Shown here: positions 13,511 to 26,900 of the stretch, one piece after another | Numbering within the stretch: position 1 is the first letter of the stretch | Layout of the letters: every line of letters begins with the position of its first letter | NCBI RefSeq assembly: GCF_006345805.1 | Contig: NC_043010.1 | Span: 12,896,001 to 12,960,000 of the forward strand | Origin: Octopus sinensis | Lineage: Eukaryota | Reading direction: 5' to 3' | Length of the DNA: 64,000 nucleotides | Made by a program: the position numbers and the translations under genes | The notes under the pieces: model-generated | The model's database searches: none | What the model was told of the DNA's origin: nothing | What the model saw: the letters and a program-made list of their open reading frames with translations, nothing else

Positions 13511-13760
13511 TCACAGCATAAAAGCGAACCATTGTTGCATCGTATTGTTATGTGTGATGAAAAATGGATTCTTTTCAACAAGAAGTAAGCATTCTGCATG
13601 GTGGTTGAATAGAGACAAACTGCCAAAATACAATCCAAGAAAGAATATTCACCAAAAAAAGCTAACGGTGCCTGTTTGGTGGTCCATTGCTGATGTCATC
13701 CACTACAACTTCATGAGATCTGGTAAGATGTATACAGCAGATGTATATATCAACCAACTA

Positions 13761-14152
13761 GTGGAGGCGCAATGGCCCAGTGATTAGGGCAGCGGACTCG
13801 CGATCATAGGATCGCGGTTTCGATTCCCAGACCGGGCGTTGTGAGTGTTTATTGAGCGAAAACACCTAAAAGCTCCACGAGGCTCCAACAGGGGATGGTG
13901 GTGATCCCTGCTGTACTCTTTCACCACAACTTTCTCTCACTCTTACTTCCTGTTTCTGTTGTACCTGTATTTCAAAGGGCCGGCCTTGTCACTCACTGTG
14001 TCACGCTGAATATCCCCGAGAACTACGTTAAGGGTACACGTGTCTGTGGAGTGCTCAGCCACTTACACGTTAATTTCATGAGCAGGCTGTTCCGTTGATT
14101 CGGATCAACCGGAACCCTCGTCGTCGTAACCGACGGAGTGCTTCCAACCAAC
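13761..14152 (+). mobile_element. SINE family C inserted in mariner
   Basis: Same head as 7585-7951. TSD ATCAACCAACT on both sides. Confidence 0.9.
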
Positions 14153-14289
14153 ATCAACCAACTGGATGAAACGATGAGTGAACTTGCAATTAAATAACCG
14201 AGATTGGTCAATAGGGACAGACCAATTCTCTTGCAAGACAATGCTCAACCACATGTTACACAAAGAATGCTACTCAAGTTACAGGAACT

Positions 14290-14431
14290 CATCATCATTA
14301 TCATTTAGCATCCACTTTCCATGCTGGCATGGGTTGGACGGTGCAACTGGGGTCTGGGAAGCCAGAAGGCTGCACCAGGCCCAGTCTGATCTGGCAATGT
14401 TTCTACAGCTGGATGCCCTTCCTAACGCCAG
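14290..14431 (-). mobile_element. Family D RTE-related short retroposon inserted in mariner
   Basis: (CAT)n tail plus TTTCCATGCTGGCATGGGTTGGACGG...GGATGCCCTTCCTAACGCC. Also at about 45005, 47730, 60790 and 61186. Confidence 0.75.
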
Positions 14432-15353
14432 TACTTGGAAATTCTCTGTCATCAACCATATTGACCGGACCTTGCACCAACTGATTATTATGTTTTCCAA
14501 CATTAGACATCATTTTGCAAGGAAAAAACTTAAAATCTGAAGAAGATGCAAAAACAGCCTTTTGTGATTTCATCACCTCTTCCTCTCCAGAATTCTTCAC
14601 TGCCAGCAAAAATAAGCTACCAATAAAATGGCAAAATTGTGTTGATAATTTAGGTGCATATTTTGATTAACTGCATTGCTTTTTGTTGAGATAAAGTGAA
14701 ATAAACTTTCAGTTCAAAATTGGACATTTCATCCTTAATGACCAGATATACAATACACAAAATATAAAAAAAAATTTTGTATCCACAAGTGTGAACCCCG
14801 TAAGTCAGAGTGGTTGTTTCCATGCATCTCCCTCACCATCCTCTGCGGAATCATCTTTTCCATTTTGTCTGCTAGAACCACGAGGTGGTCTGAATTACAA
14901 GAAATCAAGAGGATGTAAGAATTTCATAGCTTACTTCTTGAATAAATAAAGTTATCTGACCACATTGAAAGCACAGATGTTTTTCATAAAAACAACATCT
15001 GATTATCAAAACAAAAGATTTTTATACAATTCTTAATAATATTTAATCATTAAAATATTATCGGAGTTTTTAGACATTGACTAGCTATGAGGGTCCCACC
15101 TACTAAGTAAAATAGGAATCAAAGGGTTTCATAGGCAAAAAATGGTTAAGAACCAATGCTTTACAGTATTGTATGTAGATGGGCAGCAAATGCTACAAAG
15201 CTAAAGGCAAGCTCACAACAAGCCAACTTTGTGTTGTTGTTTCAATCCATAATTGGATTTAGTATAAAATTTACAATGCAATTTCACTCATAAAATGTAC
15301 ATCAATGTTTCCATGTCAAATAAAACTGGCATGGTAGCTATTTGAGGGCTTAA

Positions 15354-16303
15354 CCCATTAGTATTTAAACCGGCCATATCCAGCCAAAATATTTAATCTG
15401 TTTTATGTTCAAACGGACCAGATCCAGGCTCTCACACCTACCCTACAATGTTATTCTACATTAAGTAATTACACCATCAAGATCTTGAAGATATAAGATA
15501 ATGCATGATTAATTCAAATCAATGCGAATCAATAAACATTATGCTCGATAGAATAATCTGAACAATAAAGGGTTAATATAATGATTCTTAAAGGGTGTGC
15601 CATTTAAGTAACTTATCAGAAATATGATTTAAGTATTTAGAAAATTCACAGAGACCCTTTAGAATTAAAACTGCCTGGATCCAGTCCGTATACTCTACCT
15701 CTTTTATGTTCAACCAGCCAGATCCAGTCTCTCATACCTATCCTATAATTTCACTCTAAAAATAAACAATTGCATCATTGAAATCTTGAAGCTATGAGAT
15801 AATGCATGATTAATTCAAAGCAATGTGAATAAATAAGCATTACATTTAATAGAATAATCTGTACGCTAAAGGTTTAATGCTCAAATGAGCTTGATGGACA
15901 CAAGTGTGGGTAGTATATGTAATTATATATAATAGTATAGGTGTTCATAGGGGTGTTTTATGTTATATATTTGAGAGGATTAATGAAGTTCATTGATTAG
16001 CTATCATTAGTCATGTTCAGGCAACATCTTGCAAGAGGCAAATTAATTCTATAAATATTTCCCCAACACAGAATAGCTATTGATCCTTTAGCATTTGAAC
16101 CAGCCATACCTGGCCCAAATACTCTACTTGTTTCATGTTCATACTTGCAAGATCTGGCCTTTTATACCTACCCTACAATGTCATTCTAAAAATAAACATC
16201 AAAATCATCGAAATTTCAAAGCTACGAGATAATTCGTGATTAAATCAAAGCAATGTGAATAAATAGCTATTAAATTTGGCAGAGGAATCTAAATGCTAAA
16301 GGA
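15354..16303. mobile_element. Three ~220-bp TTAA-flanked MITEs, family 1 (15354-15572, 15655-15873, 16084-16303)
   Basis: Mutually similar copies with CCCTTTAG...CTAAAGGG-type ends and TTAA or near-TTAA flanks (piggyBac-like signature). Confidence 0.75.
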
Positions 16304-16307
16304 TTAA

Positions 16308-17201
16308 CCCTTTCGATACCAACCCAGCTGAAACCGCCTCTGGCTCTGTAGTACAAATGTCTTGTTTTCATAAGTTCTGAATGAAAATCTTCCACCAAAT
16401 CTTAGTCACAATTCATGTTCCTTACACTAGTTTAATGGTAACTAAGTTATTTTACTAAATTCTTTGTTATATTTAAGATTAACTGGAGTGGCTGTGTGGT
16501 AAGTAGCTTGTTTACCAACCACATGGTTCCGGGTTCAGTCCCACTGCATGGCACCTTGGGCAAGTGTCTTCTACTATAGCCCCGGGCCGACCAAAGCCTT
16601 GTGAGTGGATTTGGTAGACAGAAACTGAAAGAAGCCCATTGTATATATGTATATATATATATATGTGTATGTGTGTGTGTTTGTGTGTGTGTGTTTGTCC
16701 CCCTAGCATTGCTTGACAACCGATGCTGGTGTGTTTATGTCTCCGTAACTTAGTGGTTCGGCAAAAGAGACCGATAGAATAAGTACTGGGTTACAAAAGA
16801 ATAAGTCCCGGGTCGAGTTGCTCGATTAAAGGCGGTGCTCCAGCACGGCCGCAGTCAAATGACTGAAACAAGTAAAAGAGAGAGAGAGAGAGTATCTCAA
16901 AAGAAATAAGGTAACGAAAGGGTTAAAGAAGTATTGATATCCATCAAAGTCTTCTATAGTATTTAGTTATAGCTGTTTACACCCTTTCGTTACCAACCCA
17001 GCTGAAACCGGCTCTGGCTCTGAGTACAAATGTCTTGTTTTCATAAGTTTGGAATTAAAATCTTCCACCAAACCTTAGTCACAATTTATGTTCCTAATAC
17101 TAGCTTAATGATAACTAAGTTATTTTACTAAATTCTTTGTTAGATTTAAAGTAATTGAAAGAAACACAGAGCATCTCAAAATAAACACAGTAACGAAAGG
17201 G
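16308..17201. mobile_element. Two TTAA-flanked MITEs, family 2 (16308-16922 containing a SINE A; 16982-17201)
   Basis: TIR CCCTTTCGTTAC/GTAACGAAAGGG with TTAA flanks. Confidence 0.8.
16484..16892 (+). mobile_element. SINE family A nested in MITE
   Basis: Full copy interrupting the MITE relative to the intact copy at 16982. Confidence 0.9.
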
Positions 17202-17741
17202 TTAACTTATTTTATATTTTTTTACACGGTTCAATGAAATAAAGTAGCAATTTGGAAACATTACTATAGAACAACAGTTGCCAAACTGTAATCCACAGAA
17301 TAATTCTTGAAGGATCATAAACACTTACAATCATTCCACTTTCTGTAAAGATTTCATAAAATGTAAACTATTCATGAATATTTTACACAATTAGTCATAG
17401 TCTTCAAAAGATATTAAACAAAATTTATTGAAAACAACACAAAAAAAAAAACCAAGAAAAAATATATTTCTCAAAAGAAATTATCGATTGTCAAGTACGC
17501 CCCCGCTGCATTTTATTTTTTTAATAATTACATATTACGAAAGGGGTCATAAAATATTTATTGATTCCATCAAAAGGGGTCATGATAGCAAAGGGCTGGT
17601 AACCAGTTGTAGAATATCCTGGTTATTTTATTACCATGGAATTACAATAGGAAGGGTAAGACCAAAACTATACAATTCCCCCCCCCGCTACCAAATCGAG
17701 GTTTTGTGCCCTATGTTAAACATCATTCATATCATTCATTA

Positions 17742-17843
17742 GTAGTTGTGGTGGTGGTGGTGGTGCTGGTGGTAGTAGTAGAAGAAGAAATGGTGGTGGT
17801 GGTGGTGGTGGTGGTGGTGGTGATGGCAGTAGTAGAAGTAGTT

Positions 17844-17874
<31 letters not shown>

Positions 17875-17899
17875 AACAAGAAATGGTGGTGGTGATGGC

Positions 17900-17934
<35 letters not shown>

Positions 17935-17993
17935 AAGAAGAAATGGTGGTGGTGGTGATAGTAGTAGTAGTAGTAGTTTTGGTGATGATGGTG

Positions 17994-18025
<32 letters not shown>

Positions 18026-18026
18026 G

Positions 18027-18079
<53 letters not shown>

Positions 18080-18125
18080 GGTGGTGGTGGTGGTGGTGGT
18101 GGTGGTGGCAGTGGTGGCAGTAGCA
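17742..18125. repeat. (GTG)n/(GTA)n trinucleotide repeat
   Basis: Seen directly. Produces poly-V and poly-T pseudo-ORFs. Confidence 0.95.
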
Positions 18126-18364
18126 GCAGTGTTGGTGGTCACAGGATCAGTTTTTGTCTCACCACCAACCACTCCACTTCACATATCTCATATATCCAGA
18201 TAGCATTAGCAACAGCAATAGCAGTAACTGTAGCAGAAGCAGTCACAGACTTTCCACAATATGCATTCTATCGCGTTGACTCTGTTTAGCTTCAGATATA
18301 AATATGTGTAGTACATGCTCATAGCTTAATGCGATGAGATGCTTACAACTTTCTATGTGCCTGT

Positions 18365-18411
18365 AAGTGTATGTATGTATACATGTATATATATATATAT
18401 ATTATATATAT

Positions 18412-18458
<47 letters not shown>

Positions 18459-19084
18459 GTGTGTGTGTGTGTGTGTTTGTGTGTATGTATATATACAGAT
18501 GTATATGTAAATATATAGACAAATATGTTTGTGTTGCGTGTGTATATATGTATATATATATATGTGTGTGATATGTATGTGTACAAATGTATATGTAAAT
18601 ATATAGAGAAATGTGTGTGTGTGTGTGTGCATGTGTATGCATATACACACACACATATGTGTGTATATATGGTGTGTGTGTGTATGTATATATGTATATA
18701 TATATGTGTATATATATATGTATATCTTTTTATATATACATAGTCAGACAGATTAGATAGATAGATAGATAGATACATAGATAGATAGATACATAGATAG
18801 ATAGATACATAGATAGAAAGATAGATAGATATACATACATGTACGTATACAGATGTATATATATCTTATAGTAGTACATACAATATATGTATGTGTATAG
18901 ATAGTATATACATAAATATATATACATATATTGTTATATACATAAATATGTATATATATAGTATATACATATATATAATGCATATAGATATATACATTTA
19001 TATATATAGTAATATATATACATATATATATATGCATATATGTAAACATATATATATATTACATACATACATACATAATATATA

Positions 19085-19115
<31 letters not shown>

Positions 19116-19149
19116 GATATATATATATATAATATATATATATATATAT

Positions 19150-19192
<43 letters not shown>

Positions 19193-19798
19193 GTGTGTGT
19201 GTGTGTGTGTTTGTGTGTATGTATATATACAGATGTATATGTAAATATATAGACAAATATGTTTGTGTGTGCGTGTGTTATATAGTAATATATATATGTG
19301 TGTGTATATGTATGTGTACAAATGTATATGTAAATATATAGAGAAATGTGTGTGTGTGTGTGTGGCATGTGTATGCATATACACACACACAATGTTGTGT
19401 ATATATGTGTGTGTGTGTGTGTATGTATAATGTATATATATATGTGTATATAATATGTATATCTTTTTATATATACATAGTCAGACAGATTAGATAGATA
19501 GATAGATACATAGATAGATAGATACATAGATAGATAGATACATAGATAGAAAGATAGATAGATATACATACATGTACGTATACAGATGTATATTATATAT
19601 ATATAGTACATACATCAATATATGTATGTGTATATATATAGTATATACATAAATATATATACATATATTGTATATACATAAATATGTATATATATAGTAT
19701 ATACATATATATATGCATATATATATATACATTTATATATATAGTATATAGTATATACATATTATATATGCATATATGTAAACATATATATATATTAT

Positions 19799-19868
<70 letters not shown>

Positions 19869-20910
19869 TTATGTATACACACACATATATACATACCTAT
19901 ATAAATATTAATATATACATATATATACATATTCATATATGTAAAATATTCACATATATACACAAACAAGGACACATACACCAAATGCATATACACAAAG
20001 TACAGACACACACAAACACACACATACACATACATGTGTGAACACACACGCACACAGACACACGCACACACATGTATATATGTAATTTTCTCTCTTGCAT
20101 TAAGCAATCTTAGTGTATTTCACATACACATGTTGTCTCACAGACCCCATTGTAAATATTGAAATTTATAACGGCCTAAATAAGTTATAGAAATATTTTT
20201 TTTATTATTTCCATTTTGTAATTGGAATTAAACATAAATATAAAATTGATAACTGAAGTTAAAATACATTACTTGAAGCAATCCTATTACAAAATAACTG
20301 GCTGGTTTTTTTTTTCTTCATCTTGGAATCAAAATAAAATATGAAATGAAATTTTAATTAAATATATTTTGCATACACACTTCTATGCATATACACACAT
20401 ACACGCATGTAAGTATGTGTTTATATATATGTTTATGTGTGTGTGTGTTTGTATATATATATATATAGATAAACATGTATACACAGACACACAGACATGT
20501 GTGTGCATATGTATATATATATATACATGCGTGTGTGTATTTATATATATACACACACGTATATATATGTACTATATACATATCATGTATGATATATATA
20601 CATATATAAATATATATATGTATATACACGTATGTATATATATATGTTTGTGTGTATATATATATGTGTGTATGTGTATATATATATGTAAATATATGTG
20701 TGTGTATATATATGTATATATATGTATATATACACATATATGTATATGCAATATGCATGTGTGTGTCTATATATTTATTTGCATATATATATATATATTT
20801 ATATGCATATATTTATATATATATATATACACATGTATACACATATATGTGTGTATATATATATATACATATACGTGTATACACATATAAGTGTGTATAT
20901 ATATACATAC
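18365..20910. repeat. TA/TG/AGAT low-complexity block with internal ~700-bp tandem duplication
   Basis: About 18440-19075 recurs at about 19180-19812 with many small indels. Confidence 0.85.
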
Positions 20911-21084
20911 ATACAGATGTGGCTGTGTGGTAAGAAGTTTGCTTCACAACCACATATATAGTCCTGGGTTCTGCCCCTCAGCATGATACTTGGGCAAGTG
21001 TCTTCTACTATAGCCCAATGCCAACCACAGTCTTCTGAGTAGATTCAATAGATGGAAACAGAAAGAAGCTTGTCATAGTACACA

Positions 21085-21120
<36 letters not shown>

Positions 21121-21150
21121 AAACGAATGGTTTACCCTTCTGTCTTTCTT

Positions 21151-21206
<56 letters not shown>

Positions 21207-21470
21207 GTGTGTGTGTATGTGTGTGGTGTGTGGTGTGTGTGTACATATAAATCTGTGAATGTTCATATGTTACTGTTTCCTCTTGATATTGTGTGATATC
21301 CTAAAAAATATCATTCATTTCCAATATTCTGCTAAAATATGATTGACCATGGGAAATATTACCTTGGTTTGAATACATAGTATATATATATATATATTAT
21401 ATATATATTATATATATTATATACTATATATATATATATATATATTATATTATATAATATATATATATAT

Positions 21471-21873
21471 AGGCGCAGGAGTGGCTGTGTGGTAAGTAGC
21501 TTGTTTACCAACCACATGGTTCGGGTTCAGTCCCACTGCGTGGCACCTTGGGCAAGTGCTTCTACTATAGCCCGGCCGACCAATGCCTGTGTGAGTGGAT
21601 TTGGTAGACGGAAACTGAAAGAAGCCCATTGTATATATGTATATATATATATGCGTGTGTGTGTTTGTGTGTTTGTCCCCCTAGCATTGCTTGACAACTG
21701 ATGCTGGTGTGTTTATGTCCCGAACTTAGCGGTTCGGCAAAAGAGACCGATAGAATAAGTACTGGGCTTACAAAAGAATAAGTCCCGGGGTCGAGTTGCT
21801 CGATTAAAGGCGGTGCTCCAGCATGGCCGCAAACAAATGACTGAAACAAGTAAAAGAGTAAAAGAGTAAAGAG
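21471..21873 (+). mobile_element. SINE family A
   Basis: Full-length copy. Confidence 0.9.
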
Positions 21874-22049
21874 TATACATATATATATATGTGTATATAT
21901 AGTATATAAAGGCAAAGTAACAATGTAGAGAGCATGAAATACCAGAAAGTTCAAATAAGTTCATATATATATATATATGTGTATGTATATTTCGTTTTGG
22001 GATTTGGTTTGCAAGATTTTTTATAGGAGTTCGTGTGTTGAAGCATATT

Positions 22050-22188
22050 CTGTTGTGTCTGGGGAGAGTCATTTTCTTTTTGTGCCTTATAATTTAACAC
22101 ACTCACTGGTAAAATTTCCACATATTTACCGGTGAGTGTGTTACATTATAAGGCACAAAAAGAAAATGACTCTCACCAGACCCAACAG
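22050..22188. repeat. Long inverted repeat (arms about 64 bp, loop about 11 nt)
   Basis: CTGTTGTGTCTGGGGAGAGTCATTTTCTTTTTGTGCCTTATAAT... pairs with ...ATTATAAGGCACAAAAAGAAAATGACTCTCACCAGACCCAACAG, with few mismatches. Confidence 0.9.
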
Positions 22189-22669
22189 TATATAATATAT
22201 ATATATTATATATATATATATATATATTTAAATATATATGTATGAATGCAGGTAGATGTATGTATATGTATTGTGCACAGCACAGTATGAATCAAAAGTG
22301 TTAAAATAAATACAAGTACTAAAATGCCTAGTTGGAGCATAACTATAAAATTTTAAACACATTTCTCTCTGTTCTTTTGATGTGTGGAAAAGAGTAGAGC
22401 ATTTCCTGACAGATTGTTCTGGATTTCCCTTTTCTCTCAACAGCATAGAATATACAGTCATTATGTAAAGCAATCATAAATTAGACTATCCCCATAGTGG
22501 AAAGCTTACTCTGTGTATTTGTGCTTTTGATGGCTTGTTGTTAATTGAATGATATACATTTCTTGCACAGCACAGTAGATATGAGGAGGACTGAATATGA
22601 ATATTTTTAAATGCCTAGCTATGCATATATATATATATGCATAGCTAGGCATTTAAAAATGTATGTATG

Positions 22670-22898
22670 TGGCAGTGAGCTGGCAGAATCGTTAGCACAC
22701 CGGGCGAAATGCGTAGCCGTATTTCGTCTGCCGTTACGTTCTGAGTTCAAATTCCGTCAAGGTCGACTTTGCCTTTCATTCTTTCGGGGGCGATAAATAA
22801 AGTGCCTGTTATGCACTGGGGTCGATGTAATCGACTTAATCCCTTTGTCTGTCTTTGTTTGTCCCCTCTATGTTTAGCCCCTTGTGGGCAATAAAGAA

Positions 22899-22900
<2 letters not shown>
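22670..22900 (+). mobile_element. SINE family B
   Basis: Full-length copy. Confidence 0.9.
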
Positions 22901-22931
<31 letters not shown>

Positions 22932-23120
22932 ATATGTATATATATATGTATGTATATATATATGTATGTATGTATATATATATATATATATATATAATAT
23001 GTGTGCATGAATGTGTATAGTGGAATTTGAACTCAAAATGTAAAGATGGATGAAATACCACTCAGCATTTTTCCCAATGAGCTAACAAAATTGCTTACTC
23101 ATCACCTTAAATTCAGTTAT

Positions 23121-23438
23121 AACAAAAGCATTCAGAGAGTGCAAACCTCCGCCAAGGCAACACCAATGTCCTCTCAATGATTAGCCAGAGATGATTTTTA
23201 AAATGAGAATATCTGAAATAAACTCGACTGCTTTCACAAATGAGAATACTAATAAATGAACCCGAAACAGGAAAAATAATCTAGAATCCTCGTCCGGTAC
23301 CGGATCGATCCCAAAATCTAATCAGTTCATGCCAGTCACGAGGCCTGAAAGTTTCATTCGAATCCATCCAGCGCTTCTGGAGAAACAAACAAACATGACT
23401 GAAAACAATACCTCCACCTTCACTAAGGTGGGGGTAAT
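23121..23438. mobile_element. Helentron-associated (HINE/DINE-like) non-autonomous element
   Basis: Subterminal ACCTCCGCC, terminal hairpin ACCTCCACCTT...AAGGTGGGGGT, (ACAA)n near the end and an internal CCGGTACCGG palindrome. Confidence 0.65.
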
Positions 23439-24491
23439 AAAAAGCATTTGAAAAATGACCCAATATTTTTTGTACAGCATAAAATTATTATATTCATTTT
23501 AGACTGTCCAACAAAGGCTAGCAGATCAAGATTTCAAAGTCACTGTTACCATCTTTCTTGTAAGAGTATTATAAATATATACAAGTGTGTGTGTGTGTGT
23601 GTATACATACATATATGCATGGCTCAATGACTAGAGCATAACTGGTAGTTAATTTATCAACCCCGAAAGGATGAAAGGCAAAGTCAACCTCGGTGGAATT
23701 TGAACTCAGAACGTAATGGCAGACGAAATACCGCTAAGCATTTTGCCCGGCGTGCTAACGTTTCTGCCAGCTCACCACCTTTAAGGCTATTCTGGGAGAC
23801 ACTTGTCCAATCTACTATGCAGGACATCAAACTCACACTCACATAGTTGGAAACAAATTTCTTAACCATGCTGCCAAACTTTTGCGCCAATTGCACTGGA
23901 AAGCTCCAAGTTCCATTTTGTGTGTGCAGTATGACTTCATAGCACAAATATTATTGTATTATACAGATCTAACATTGCCTTAGAGAAATCCACAACATAT
24001 CTATCCCTCCCTCCTACTGTGATTCTATAGATAGGCATAGAATCACCTGAAGCACTAACAACTAGCAGAAGAGAAGGGAAAAATAATGTCCTTATCATAA
24101 GTTTCAGATAAAGGGTTGAAATATTCTGATATTCTGTGGTTTCAATTTTTTGCTTACTTATGTGTCATCATACAGCTGTACTTTCGTTTTTTTTTTTTTT
24201 GTCTTTTGTGTATAATTTTTAAGTAAAATGTAGATATTTAGTTGATCTAAAGCTATTGTTATTGAGAAATTCTGCATTTTGTGTATAATTGTTTCTTTAA
24301 CAAATTTGTACCCTAAAGCATATCCATACACTTCATGATAAGCTATTATCTTCCTTTTATTCCTCTCTAGCAGGCATGCGATTCAGAGTTAGTCATGCCT
24401 ATTCATGGAACTTAAGGTGTCTTACCCCGTGGAAATGTGTGTGCATGCCTGTATGTATGTATGCATGTGTGTATACATACACGCACATATG

Positions 24492-24524
<33 letters not shown>

Positions 24525-24620
24525 ATTTATATATACATATATACAGATATATAGATATATATATATACACATACATTTATATATACATATATACAGATAT
24601 ATATATATACATATATACAG

Positions 24621-24653
<33 letters not shown>

Positions 24654-24680
24654 ATGTGTGTGTGGTATATATAGATATAT

Positions 24681-24711
<31 letters not shown>

Positions 24712-25186
24712 CTACATGGTGTGTGTGGGTGTGTGTGTGTGTGTGTGTGCATATGTATGTATAGACACACACACATACTCGTATATATTTGTGTGTGTTT
24801 GTGTATTTATGTAGTGGCTGGTTAAGAATGGTTAATCAAAATACATGTAGTTTACAAAGTGGCATTTTGGTAATTCAAGGAATTTGTCTGGAGGAAAACA
24901 AATTCTTGCAAAATCTAGTTGCAGTTCTTTGTTAGAACCTTTCGTTTTACTCATGCGCCACAAAAGATTTTGGTGAAGTCAAGAATTTTCAAATTCCAGT
25001 TTCTTATCTGGGAATTTCTAATTCCGTGTTCATCTAACAATGTGTCAATATTTTCTAGTATCACCACTTATTCAAACTTCAACAAAATTAATATAATCTT
25101 AACCCTCCCAGACATGGTCCCCTACGTCTAACTTTACATCCACCACCATCTGAGTGGCTGAGGAAAAAAATAAAATCTTGCACAGG

Positions 25187-25600
25187 GATGTAGGAGTGGC
25201 TATGTGGTAAGTAGCTTGCTTACAAACCACATGGTTCCGGGTTCAGTCCCACTACATGGCACCTTGGGCAAGTGTCTTCTACTATAGCCTTGGGCCAACC
25301 AAAGCCTTGTGAGTGGATTTGGTACACGGAAACTGAAAGAAGCCCATCATATATATGTATATGCATATATGTATGTGTGTGTATATTTATGTGTCTGTGT
25401 TTGTCCCCCCCAACATCGCATGACAACCGATGATGGTGTGTTTACATCCCCGTAACTTAGCAGTTCGGCAAAAGAGACTGATAGAATAAGTACTAGGCTT
25501 ACAAAGAATAAGTCCTGGGTTGATTTGCTCGACTAAAGGTGGTGCTCCAGCATGGCCACAGTCAAATGACTGAAACAAAGTAAAAGAGTAAAAGAGAGAG
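25187..25600 (+). mobile_element. SINE family A
   Basis: Full-length copy with CpG decay. Confidence 0.9.
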
Positions 25601-25607
25601 TAGGGAC

Positions 25608-25890
25608 AAGGATAGCTGTGTGAAGAAGTGCCTCACTCTAATAACGGTGGAGGGAATTTGTGAAGGGGTGGACTCAGGAAGACATGGGACATGGTGGTGA
25701 ATCATGATCTTTGAATGTTGGGCCTCACAGAGGCAATGACAAGTGACCAAGACATTTGGTGATATGCCATGCTTGAGAAGACCCATCAAGCCAAATGATG
25801 TTGTAGTCATAGCCAACGCTCGTGTCACATGGCTAGCATATAAATAGCATCCTTCAAATGTTGGGAAACATGATGTGCTCGAAAAGACCT
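25608..25890 (+). mobile_element. RTE LINE 3' fragment
   Basis: Translates to CVKKCLTL..VEG and RKTWDMVVNHDL*MLGLTEAMTSDQDIW*YAMLEKTHQAK, matching the RTE ORF C-terminal GRPxKTW...D...DR..W pattern. Confidence 0.75.
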
Positions 25891-26474
25891 GGGTGTGGGT
25901 GTGTATGAAAGAGAGAGAGAAAGAGTGTGTGTGTGTGAGAGAGAGAGGGGAATGTGTGTGTACGTGTGGGAGAGAGCGTGTGTGTATGAGAGAGAGAGAG
26001 AAAGACGTGTTCGCATGTGTCTTAATGTTTGCGATTTATTTGATCCACCACAGCTTGTTAACCAGTGTTGGTTTGCTTACATCCTCGTAACTTAGCAGTT
26101 CAGCAAAACAGACCGATAGAATAGGTGTCAGATATAAAAACAAGTACTACGTCGACTTGTTCAACAAAAGGCTTTAAGATCGTGTTCCAGCATGGCCGCA
26201 GTATACACATTGTGTTATGCTAATTCTGTCTGAGAATTACGTTTAGGCCATACATATCTGTGGAATACTCAACCACTTATATGCTAATCCAGGAGAAGGT
26301 AATTCAGTTGATGAAATAATAGCCAGAAACTGTGTGGGAGACCATCATGTGTGAATGTGTGTGTGTGTGTATATTTTATTTTTTATTTTATCTAGTTTCA
26401 GCTCACGAGCTGTGGCCATGATGGGGCACCGCCATTCTTGTATTCTTGTATTCTTTTATTATTTTATTCCATTA

Positions 26475-26878
26475 TGTGTTTCAGTCATTTGACTGCGGCC
26501 ATGCTGGAGCATCACCTTAAAGAGTTTTAGTCGAAGAAATCCACCCCAGGACTTACTCGTTGTAAGCCTAGTACTCATTCTATCAGTTTCTTTTGCCAAA
26601 CCACTAAGTTACAGGGACATAAACACACCAGCCTCAGTTGTCAAATGATGGCAGGGGACAAAGACACACACATAAATATACACACACACACACACACACA
26701 TATATTTATAAATGACAAGCTTCTTTCAGTTTCCATCTACCCAAATCCACTTACAAGGCTTTGGTCAGTCAGAAGCTATAGTAGAAGACGCTTGCACAAG
26801 GTTCCAGGCAGTAGGATTGAACTCAGAACCATGTAGTTGGGAAGCAAGCTTCTTGCTACACAGTCACGCCTGTGCCTA
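26475..26878 (-). mobile_element. SINE family A, diverged
   Basis: Aligns with the family consensus. Confidence 0.85.
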
Positions 26879-26900
26879 TGCATTAATATATATATATTTA

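Larger units (their letters stand above)
13518..14748 (+). pseudogene. Mariner (DD34D) transposase 3' part, interrupted by two retroposons
   Basis: LHRIVMCDEKWILFN, HQKKLTVPVWWS, LLQDNAQPH, HQPY*PDLAPTDY and KWQNCVDNLGAYFD*, followed by a TIR-like end near 14748. Confidence 0.9.

Noticed and set aside
13761-13840. tRNA gene (also at 7875-7951 and in SINE A and B heads)
   Set aside because: These are tRNA-derived SINE heads continuing into SINE bodies, some with TSDs. No intact cloverleaf or terminator was seen.
17706-18203. Poly-Val and poly-Thr (mucin-like) ORFs
   Set aside because: Pure GTG/GTA trinucleotide repeat with no domain or splice support.
23790-23990. Open plus-strand frame (CPIYYAGHQTH...)
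   Set aside because: Its first half aligns with a highly decayed SINE A head on the minus strand.
25100-25157. TQMVVDVKLDVGDHVWEG resembling a C1q-domain end, and PPHIYCAV at 22589 resembling myosin
   Set aside because: Matches are too short and no other exons of those domains were found.
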